A DNA stretch of 63,417 nucleotides, the filler included, from Octopus bimaculoides (Eukaryota), in the NCBI RefSeq assembly GCF_001194135.2. It is 6 parts of 6 records of this genome, joined end to end, with 100 filler letters (N's around TTAATTAATTAA, not from the genome) between each part and the next. Parts side by side here need not be neighbours in the genome. Positions count along the whole stretch, not along the records: positions 41,770 to 56,788 come from NC_069001.1; positions 56,889 to 59,532 come from NC_068984.1; positions 59,633 to 61,892 come from NC_068982.1; positions 61,993 to 63,417 come from NC_068987.1; 2 more parts are not named here. The stretch is one strand, 5' to 3'. Numbering within the stretch: the stretch's first letter is position 1; every line of letters begins with the position of its first letter. The notes beneath the pieces are model-generated. The model was given only the letters and a program-made list of their open reading frames with translations. It did not search any database and was not told the origin of the DNA. Below are positions 53,715 through 63,417 of the stretch, in pieces. The position numbers were made by a program, and so were the translations under genes.

Positions 53715-54620
53715 CTGTTTATTTTAAATGAGAGTTTGCATAAAAGTTATAGAAAACACAATATCCCATCAAAATATAATATTATTTTAAAAATCAAAAA
53801 TATCAACTAGATTATGGCTGGGATAAAACAGCTTACTCAAAGTAGCTACCCTCAGTTTCCCCAGCCTCAAGACTTTTCTGGAACATGGCGCATGCGCTCC
53901 TGACTGGGATCCTGAGAAAATCTTCGAAAACTTTGACCTTCGCTATTAGCTCGGCCTTTGTGTTGCAGGCAGAGAAGTTGATGCCTTTTTCAACGGTATC
54001 CCACACTTAGTAACACTTGGGTTACAATCGGGGGGTTTATAAGGCCATAAATTGGGGCTGGCGAAGTTGTAGAAATTCTTCCAGCAATTACTTCTAACTC
54101 TTTCCAGAGGAATGGCAAGGAGTCGAACCCTGCTGCCACACATATGGCCTTCCAGCAGCAACTATTTCCAGTCAGGATTTGATCACAGTCTCCAGCGGGT
54201 TCATATGGCAATCTGAATTGAGTCTAAAACCCTGTTCAAAAATGCACAGATAAATTCCGGCGTCTACATGAACTTTGAATGTCTGTTGTGTCCCTTCCTG
54301 CAGGCCCCGGCTTTGTAGTCTCCGTTGCAGTTGTCCATGTCCCATCTTACAGCCTTTACAACATTCAAATAGTACTGAGCAGCCATCATGGTACAGGTAA
54401 CTCTTTTCCAATATTCAGATGGTTTCCAATTCTCCATGTCAGCTAACTTTTTCTCAACTACAACATTAACCTTTATGCTCTCCAGCGCCTTCAGCTGTTC
54501 GTCATGAAGCTGTTCCTGAAGAAAAAAAAAAAAGACATAAAATATCGTCAGATTTAACAACCGAATTAAAACTCAGAAAAGTATAAGTGTATATTGTTAT
54601 ATTTCGAGATGGTCATGTTT
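53715..54620 (-). mobile_element. maT/DD37D-like Tc1-mariner relic (5' start joined to catalytic C-terminus)
   Basis: MENWKPSEYWKRV start, FEQGFRLNSD, AAGRPYVWQQGSTPCH, NFYNFASPNLWPYKPPDCNP, NTKAELIAKVK, EGSYFE*. Confidence 0.85.
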
Positions 54621-54877
54621 TTTTCTTGCCAAATAGACACACGCACTATATATTCATTCTTCACTTGTTTATTATTGTTCTTATTTTATGTCCATTGTCT
54701 GGAAATCTTTCGTCACATTTCCTTTGACTTCTTCAGTGGCTCCCCACCCCACATGTTTCCTCCTGTTCTGTTCATTTAGCAAGAAAAAATATGACCATCC
54801 TAAAATATAACAATATCTCTTTCAATACACGATTTCATATCAGGGATCCTACAAAGCAATACATAAACGTATATATA

Positions 54878-55442
54878 CAGTAGCGTGCAAATTAATCCGG
54901 ACAGAATCAAATTTCGTGACTTTTTCATAATACGTCGTAATCTGTGACTAAACTAATGAAGTTTTTGTTGTTTTTCGTTCAGAATAGTATAGTGGCGACA
55001 TCTGGTATCTAATCAGTAGTGGCTTCAATACAGCATTTCATTCAGAATGCTACACTAGAGCTTGTTCTGTGTTGTTCCTGCATGCGTTCGTTATTAGCCT
55101 TTCAATTCGTGATGGATTTAGTATCAGACAAATTACTAAAAAAATGAGTGTGGTAAAGTCAACTGTTGGTGAAATTGTGAAGAGAGTTGAAGACACTGGT
55201 GTACAAACAACATATTACGATAATAATCTGTGCTATTAAGGCTTGGTACCATGACGAAGGAAAATGTGTTCAACATTGATGGATTCAATGCCAAACCGTG
55301 TGAAAATGTTTAGTCATGCAAAAGGAGGCCATATTTCAAATGAATTGAATTATCGCGCATATAATTATCACGTGTTTTCAGAATAAATATTAGTTTAATA
55401 AATAATTGTATTATTTCATCACAATTTGCACAGTGCAGTGTG
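54878..55442 (+). mobile_element. Internally deleted Tc1-like element
   Basis: TA|CAGT start, C-terminal remnant ICAIKAWYHDE..K.CSTLMDSMPNRVKM...AKGGH, degenerate right TIR (aatttgcac). Confidence 0.65.
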
Positions 55443-55664
55443 TATATATATATATATATATATCATAATTCTCCTTTTTGGTGAAACATTGTAAACTGGT
55501 GTTTATATTGCTATATATATATATATATGAGAGGTATTGGTATCCAGAAGACCCAAGATGGCAAGTAAGGCTATGTAAGCGCTACGGGAGGACCTTAGTT
55601 AGATTCTCGGTTCTATAATAATACGAGTGAAGAGTCTAATGCGGGTCTTGCGTGAGCATGTATA

Positions 55665-55776
55665 TGTTAAATAAAATGAGACAACAAAGCCAAGGCTGTG
55701 TGGAATTTATAGGACGTTTATAAATGTCCTATAAATTCCACACAGCCTTGGTTTTGTTGTCTCATTTTATTTAACA
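55665..55776. repeat. Loop-less palindrome, 56-bp arms, 2 mismatches
   Basis: Centre between 55720 and 55721 (…ggacgttta|taaatgtcc…). Confidence 0.95.
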
Positions 55777-55779
55777 CAG

Positions 55780-55828
<49 letters not shown>

Positions 55829-56888
55829 CACATTCAGTTAATTCTAGGAAGTCATATCCTCATTAGAGATTATATAATTCAAGGTATTCCACTGGTTTAA
55901 TCTCCATCATATAATGCGAAAGTCATTGGTATAATTTCGGGATTATTGAAATAATAAAAAGAAAATGGAGAAGAAATGGACGTAATTAATAATTTATTTG
56001 TATGTCGCAAAAAGATGAGTTTTTTTAATAAAAAAAAAACAACATAACTACAAATTAATTGAATTACAGGCTGAAAGCTCAAAAAATGCATTTAATTAAA
56101 ATAAGGAACCTACATGTTTGTTTCAGTCCTATCATCTAGTTGATGGGAATTTCGAAGCATTTGGTTTAATGCTTAGAAAGTTACCATATTCTAATTCTAT
56201 GGTGGTAGGACTTCTTCAGGGTGAATATAAAGCTGATGGGAGTTAGGTAATCGTTTTTTTCCTTTTGAAGGAAGTATAGGGTTAAAAGTTAAAAGCTAGA
56301 TATGAAAGTATATTTGATTGATGGTTTTTATATATTTGTGAATATTCTATATACTAATTATAATTTGTAAACAAAAAATAAATAGATAAATAAAAGTTAA
56401 AATTAAGCTAAAGATAAAATAAAATAAAATTAAAATCAAGCTTAAGATAAAATAAAATAAAATATTTTTTTGTTTTATCTTTAGCTTGATTTTGATTTTT
56501 CTTTATCTATTCATTTATCTGTTTTCTTATTCTCCGTTTTCTTCTTCTTGCTTCCCCCGCCCCCACATATATATTAATATTTAAGTTAGCTTACCAATTA
56601 TTTTTGTTGGTAGTTAATTTATAATATATATATATATCAGTATAACTAAATGTGAGACCGATAGTACTATTGAAATACCATCACTAGTGGCAAGTGAATA
56701 CGAGCCGTACAGGCAAATTAATGAAATATACATGCATACATACATACATACATACATACATACATACATACATACATACATACATACANNNNNNNNNNNN
56801 NNNNNNNNNNNNNNNNNNNNNNNNNNNNNNNNTTAATTAATTAANNNNNNNNNNNNNNNNNNNNNNNNNNNNNNNNNNNNNNNNNNNN

Positions 56889-56928
<40 letters not shown>

Positions 56929-57822
56929 TACATACATATTATCCCTTTGAGAATTATTCGGTCTTAGTAGACACATGACATGTGATCTTCTTCTAGCACA
57001 TTAGCAGTCCACCTAGTGGCCTTCTTTATATGTATTTTTAGATCTCCTTTGAGATCTCAGATATATTTTCTGAAGCTCCCTGATTTTAACGTGCTTGTTC
57101 CCTTGTAATAAATTTATATCAATTAATATCCAATTTTTTTTACCCTATTGTTTAATTTATATATTATATATATATATAATATACACACACATAAATATTA
57201 TATATATAATATGCACACACACATATATATATTATACATATAATATACACACGCATATATATACGCACATACATATAGATGTATAAATAAATATGTACAC
57301 ATGTATATGCATGTATGTCTGTATATACTTACATATATGTATATGTATACATACAAGCCGACCCTATATATGTGCGTGAGTGTGTGTGTATGTATGCATT
57401 GCAAAATGGAAATCTCTTTTATGTATCTGAAAGTATGGAGAATAACACAGAATATTGTAATCAGGTTCTAAATGTCTTAAACAATGAGATTATGCAATAC
57501 GTAAATAATAACAAACCTGTATTTATTCCTATATGATGTTATTCCATACACACTCGCACACTATATTTACATGTGTATGTATATGTAAATGGCAACACGA
57601 ATTGGTATATGTATCACCTGTGTACGTGTATATAAGTGCGGATGAATGACCATTTATAGGTACATACATTTGTTTATTTATTCCTATATACATGCGTATT
57701 TATATATGCTTATATATATGTGTGCGTGTGTGTATATTAGGTATATACATATATATGTGTGTCTGTATATACATAGTATATATATATATATATGCATACA
57801 TGCACATTCATACACAGACACT

Positions 57823-57875
<53 letters not shown>

Positions 57876-58713
57876 CTATATGTTTATGTGTGTGTATGTG
57901 TGTGAATGTGTTGCTATATGCAGATATATATATGTATATGTATATATATATATGTATATATATATANNNNNNNNNNNNNNNNNNNNNNNNNNNNNNNNNN
58001 NNNNNNNNNNNNNNNNNNNNNNNNNNNNNNNNNNNNNNNNNNNNNNNNNNNNNNNNNNNNNNNNNNNNNNNNNNNNNNNNNNNNNNNNNNNNNNNNNNNN
58101 NNNNNNNNNNNNNNNNNNNNNNNNNNNNNNNNNNNNNNNNNNNNNNNNNNNNNNNNNNNNNNNNNNNNNNNNNNNNNNNNNNNNNNNNNNNNNNNNNNNN
58201 NNNNNNNNNNNNNNNNNNNNNNNNNNNNNNNNNNNNNNNNNNNNNNNNNNNNNNNNNNNNNNNNNNNNNNNNNNNNNNNNNNNNNNNNNNNNNNNNNNNN
58301 NNNNNNNNNNNNNNNNNNNNNNNNNNNNNNNNNNNNNNNNNNNNNNNNNNNNNNNNNNNNNNNNNNNNNNNNNNNNNNNNNNNNNNNNNNNNNNNNNNNN
58401 NNNNNNNNNNNNNNNNNNNNNNNNNNNNNNNNNNNNNNNNNNNNNNNNNNNNNNNNNNNNNNNNNNNNNNNNNNNNNNNNNNNNNNNNNNNNNNNNNNNN
58501 NNNNNNNNNNNNNNNNNNNNNNNNNNNNNNNNNNNNNNNNNNNNNNNNNNNNNNNNNNNNNNNNNNNNNNNNNNNNNNNNNNNNNNNNNNNNNNNNNNNN
58601 NNNNNNNNNNNNNNNNNNNNNNNNNNNNNNNNNNNNNNNNNNNNNNNNNNNNNNNNNNNNNNNNNNNNNNNNNNNNNNNNNNNNNNNNNNNNNNNNNNNN
58701 NNNNNNNNNNNNN

Positions 58714-58751
<38 letters not shown>

Positions 58752-58899
58752 GCATACATATGTTAGGAAGAGGACCAAAAAAAAACAGTGAGATAAATAT
58801 AATATAACATTTTGTCATATCCGCAAACATGCAGACATATATATGTAAGCACATACACAGACACACACAAATATGTATTTACCTCTATCTCTCTATCTC

Positions 58900-58952
<53 letters not shown>

Positions 58953-59420
58953 TTATCTATATACAGTTTTAGACATGCGCTTATGTATATAACGACGTGT
59001 TTCACACTTGTCTTTGACGTAATCACCAAACTTGGTGTCATCAACATCTCCCAATAGTGTCATCACCATGTCCCAGACCGTCTTGATATTCTTGTTATTG
59101 TTCTTGTTGTCTTTACTATTATTTCTAATGCTATTTTAATGGTGGTGATGGTGGTGGCGGTCTCGCTATTGTTGTTCTTCCCTTTTTATAGGTTTCCGTT
59201 GCCGTTGTCTTTGTTTGTTAGTGGTTGTTGTTGTTCTTGTGACAGCTGTCATTTCATCTCATCACATTCTTGATTCAGATTCTGTTAGATGCCGGCACGA
59301 ATAAATGTATACATACTCACACACACACATATATATACATGCATTCATACATACACGCACATAGATATGTATATGCATGTCTGTATATGTGCATATATAT
59401 GTATGTATGTACATGTATGT

Positions 59421-59466
<46 letters not shown>

Positions 59467-59483
59467 GTGTGTGTATATATGTT

Positions 59484-59532
<49 letters not shown>

Positions 59533-59714
59533 NNNNNNNNNNNNNNNNNNNNNNNNNNNNNNNNNNNNNNNNNNNNTTAATTAATTAANNNNNNNNNNNN
59601 NNNNNNNNNNNNNNNNNNNNNNNNNNNNNNNNCCCTTCCCCATCCCAAAAAGAAAAGCTCTACATTGTATTTGTCCCATCTTCGTTGAGCCCTGTGTGGC
59701 TAATAAAAGAAATG

Positions 59715-59771
<57 letters not shown>

Positions 59772-60399
59772 GTCTGTCTGTCTGTCTGTCTAGATCTGTC
59801 TATCTTATATGTCAAAGGCGAGGTGACAAGAAATAAAGTCTCTTCTAGTATTGACCATTCTTAGATCTAGTAACTGGTGCTTCCTTTATATCAAGGTCCC
59901 AAGCGTTATATATTAAAATCGTTAGCTGCCAAGATGTGAGGATCATTTTGTCTACTTCCCTTGTTTGGCTGCGTACAGCAATGCGTAAACAAAATAGTTT
60001 AGGACTAATTTTGCAGCCATAGCTACCTGATGGAAGACAAATAGTCACCCATCTTTCACTTTTGGTTGTCTGTCAGAGTTTACTCTCTTAGCATTTACAC
60101 TTTTACTAGACACTCACACGGTGATAATTGCAGATGTTATGGAAATGGTAGTCAAGTCTAAGGAAATAGTCAAATCCATACTGCAGGACAACAAAATATT
60201 TGTGAATCTACTACTATTTAGAGCAGGGATTTCTGCCAGTTTGAGACGCAACTTAGCGCAAGGGTGAACTTAAATGATGATAGCTAAATGTCTTGATCAT
60301 AGACATGATATGAACTGTCAAAATCTCTGCAAGTTGCTCAAGCACTATATTTCACTATCCTCATCTTCGCAACGTTCTGGAATAAACTAAATTAATATT

Positions 60400-60790
60400 G
60401 GCTTCAAAATTTGGCACTAGGCCAGCAATTTCGGGGAGGGGAGGGGAGAAGAGTTGATCCACGAAAGGATAAAAGGCGAAGTCGACCTCGATGGGGTTTG
60501 AACTCAGAACATGAAGACGGACGAAATACTGCTAAGCATTATGTCCGGCGTACTAACGATTCTGCCAGCTCACCGCCTTGAACTTAAAACCTGTTAGCAC
60601 GTCGGAAAACCTGTTTAGCGGCATTTCTTCCATCTTTACGTTCTGAGTTCAAATGCTGCCGAGATTGACTTTACCTTTCATCCTTTCGGGGCCAATAAAA
60701 TAAGTACCAATTGAAAACTTGGGTCGATGTAATTCGGCTTATCTCCTCCCACAAAATTGCTCTGTACAAACATTGGAATTTAATATTATT
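60400..60790. mobile_element. Head-to-head inverted pair of family A SINEs
   Basis: Minus copy about 60400-60580, plus copy about 60590-60790. Confidence 0.8.
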
Positions 60791-60930
60791 CATTCTATTG
60801 CAACTAAGATCAATCTTATAAAATGGCATATGGTCTTTAACATCCACACATGTGAAAAAGGCCAGTGCATATACGTTTCTACATTTGAATTTGCATTTAC
60901 TCTACACGTGTTTATTTTCTCCCCTTAAAG

Positions 60931-61167
60931 ATGTAAATATAACTCCAGAAGATCCCAGATGGATTGGCGCTTGGTGGCTGGGATTCTTAAGTTTTGGCGG
61001 TGTATCTATAATTTTGTGTATCCCATTAATATTCTTTCCGAAACATTTGCCACGTAAACATAATGATGATGGTAAGACGACTGAAATGGTGGAAATGACA
61101 GAAACGAAGAAAGACAAGAAGCTAAAACCAGAATTTAACAAAGCAAATGTTATAAAATATATTAAAG
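60931..61167 (+). CDS. SLCO/OATP organic anion transporter internal exon (DVNITPEDPRWIGAWWLGFLSFGGVSIILCIPLIFFPKHLP...KYIK)
   Basis: Family hallmark DPRW-x-GAWWLGF followed by a TM helix and FFPK-x-LP. Pyrimidine tract plus TTAAAG acceptor, AAG|GTAGGT donor, 237 nt, phase 1-1. Subfamily not assignable from one exon. Confidence 0.93.
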
Positions 61168-61634
61168 GTAGGTTTGTTTGTTCAATAACATTGCTTCCTG
61201 ATTCTTGTTTTCTTTACATATGTGTATGTCCATACATGCATACGTTCGCTGCTTTAGAAATAGGTCTATTGAAACAGATATGATTCAATGGAGTATTTGA
61301 AATAAAATTATTTCTTAATTCTCACTTTCTTACATATCAAGACATAGATATATTCACTGCTACAGTAACAAGTACGTTGATATAAAGTTGACATAATGAA
61401 GTGAGAAGAATGTTATATCCTCGATTAGTGAAAATGCTACCAATCATAATTCTGCAATAATAATTTCCTTGGTTACGTAAATTACAATGTCATATGACGT
61501 CATATTATACTGCTATTTAGGAACGATTTTGTACTGACTACATGAATTATCGCTGTAAACAAGCAATTATAAAGACAACAATAAAAAATACCATCCAAAG
61601 AAATAATAACAGAAAATTTAAGTGTTACTATTTC

Positions 61635-61639
<5 letters not shown>

Positions 61640-61704
<65 letters not shown>

Positions 61705-61892
61705 GTTCAGTAGTTTTATTTTTATAACGTGCTTTCACTTCACTACCGAGCGCGGCTCTGTGCGCCTTGGGTATGTGCTGTGGTTTGCTGTGGTGCTCTT
61801 ATGTTTACTGTATTGAAAGTGTTTTGCATAGAATGTGTGCAATACCCAGTAGTGCAATTTTTTGTATGTTATATATATTTGTAAGTCCTGGT
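61640..61892 (-). mobile_element. 3' end of the Dong-type LINE family seen at 41770-43995, with (TAA)n tail
   Basis: Reverse complement matches 43830-43995 (aaaccacagcac..acccaagg..cacagagc.gcgc.cggtagtg.agtgaaagcacgt.ataaaaataa). Truncated by a gap. Confidence 0.85.
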
Positions 61893-62044
61893 NNNNNNNN
61901 NNNNNNNNNNNNNNNNNNNNNNNNNNNNNNNNNNNNTTAATTAATTAANNNNNNNNNNNNNNNNNNNNNNNNNNNNNNNNNNNNNNNNNNNNTATAAATA
62001 TATATAGACATATATAGACATGTATATATATATATAAGATGTTC

Positions 62045-62760
62045 AGGTTAATTTTGAAGACCTTTATTTCTTCTTCATTTTTCAGAAACACCTTTATGTA
62101 TTTATGATCAATTAACGGCGTTGAAGAGCATAGAAATCAATGTTGCATCCAGGAAACAGTTAACTGACAGAGAGGACACGAAACTATTTGAATATTGGAA
62201 AAGAGTTACCTGTGTGTTGATATTTCACGCGGTATATCAGAATGCCGACATCAGGACGGCTGTTCAATGCTTTCTGGACCCAGTAATGACTGTACGACGC
62301 GACATGGCCGCTGCAATAACGACTGCAAAGCTATTGCCAGCTGAGAAAACATAACAGGATTTCTAACTGCATCCACATGCCGAAATTCGTTCACCACGCT
62401 GTAGGACAAGGTGATGAAATATCCAAGCGAAGGAATCCAGGTTTTGGCGAGAGAGATCGATGTTAAAGTCGTCACTATGAAGCCGGTCCTGAATAATGAA
62501 CGTCTCTACCATTAGTACAAGAAGCGCAAGAACTAAATCTTGTCAGTCAAGGCCATGATGAACCACTTGACGAAGGCAAAAAAGCTCTTGAACAAGCTGA
62601 GGTATCCGGTTGAGTCGAAGATAGTTTGTTGTCAGAGGAAAACAAAAGCATCTGCCAAGATGAGTTGCGCAACATTCAACACCCAGCATAAGACGTAGCT
62701 TATATACAATCCATGTAAGGTCCCAAAAAAGCGCAGTGAATAATCAGCTGGAAGAAATGT
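62045..62760 (+). mobile_element. maT/DD37D-like relic, N-terminal part, same family as 53715-54620
   Basis: Shares tgaatattggaaaagagttacctgt with the other copy. Peptide LTKAKKLLNKLRYPVE is typical of this family. Confidence 0.8.
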
Positions 62761-62871
62761 CTTGCTGGGGTTAAAATAGCAGTATCATCGACTCTTACAG
62801 CATACCCACAGTAAAGTGGCGATAAAGACTACTTTTTGGTCCATATAGTGCTTCTATCTCAAACAAAGACT

Positions 62872-62923
<52 letters not shown>

Positions 62924-62948
62924 GCAGACACACACACACAAATATATA

Positions 62949-63417
62949 CAGGGTTTGGACAAATTAATGGAAATACCTTAAAAATTTCAAACAAATTTAT
63001 TTTAATATGGGGTATGACCGTCCTTGGTAGTAATTACAGCTTCAATTCTACTCGTGCAAAGTTTGAATTGTTTCCAAAGGAATTTTTGTCCATTCTTCAG
63101 CTAAAACAGTCTCCAGTTCTTGTCCTGATGATGGTGGAGGACATCGACTTCATACTTGTTTTTTTCTAAAACGCACCATAAATGTTCAATAATACTGAGA
63201 TCTGGGGACTATGGTGGCCAGATAAGATTTTCAACTTCACTAGAGTGCTCCTTGTGCCATTCAGTAACAACTTTAGCTGTCTGAATTGGTGCATTATCAT
63301 CCTGGAAGATTGCGTTTCCCTTCCAAAAAGAGTTCCACAACCAAAGGATAAATTTATTCAGATAAAATGCTTAAATAGTCTTGACCATTAATTCTGCCAT
63401 GAAGGTAAACCATGGGG
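62949..63417 (-). mobile_element. Tc1 (DD34E) transposon 3' part, continues beyond window
   Basis: FQDDNAPIQTAKVVTEW, WPP*SPDLSIIEHLW, EEWTKIPLETIQTL. Terminus TA|CAGGG. Confidence 0.9.

Noticed and set aside
57008-57021. CTCF-like motif GGCCACTAGGTGGA on -
   Set aside because: A single imperfect short motif is expected by chance in 63 kb.
59830-60060. Very degenerate Dong-like LINE scraps (also 2990-3290, 4160-4400, 15050-15350)
   Set aside because: Only single-motif resemblance; boundaries not supportable, so not listed as features.
60133-60270. Frame DVMEMVVKSKEIVKSILQDNKIFVNLLLF after TTGCAG, faintly like an SLCO segment
   Set aside because: That segment should follow, not precede, the DPRW exon; no good donor; lies next to a decayed LINE fragment.

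Overview
AT-rich, microsatellite-dense animal genomic DNA with many assembly gaps. The SINE, LINE and mariner families look cephalopod (Octopus-like); that assignment is inferred from repeat content. Two protein-coding genes are supportable, both partial and on +. (1) Three consecutive, phase-compatible exons of an inositol-tetrakisphosphate 1-kinase (ITPK1; 30101-30144, 32747-32906, 34953-35020). (2) One exon of an SLCO/OATP organic anion transporter (60931-61167). The rest is mostly decayed transposons (R4/Dong-type RLE LINEs, a Penelope-like element, RTE and L1/Tx1 fragments, several Tc1/mariner/maT relics, at least four SINE families), long palindromes and microsatellites. Five 100-nt gaps contain an artificial all-frame-stop spacer (TTAATTAATTAA), so the window is a mosaic of joined pieces. 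The ITPK1 piece (22770-41669) is visibly CpG-depleted except for a ~1.2 kb CpG-rich island in the intron before 32747. That island carries a compact, symmetric promoter (MEF2/TATA, E-box, CArG, E-box, TATA) and appears to drive an intronless antisense transcript with small ORFs and poly(A) signals. It is the best candidate for an undescribed element. No CRISPR, rRNA or true tRNA genes were seen. Repeat coordinates were read by eye and are approximate.
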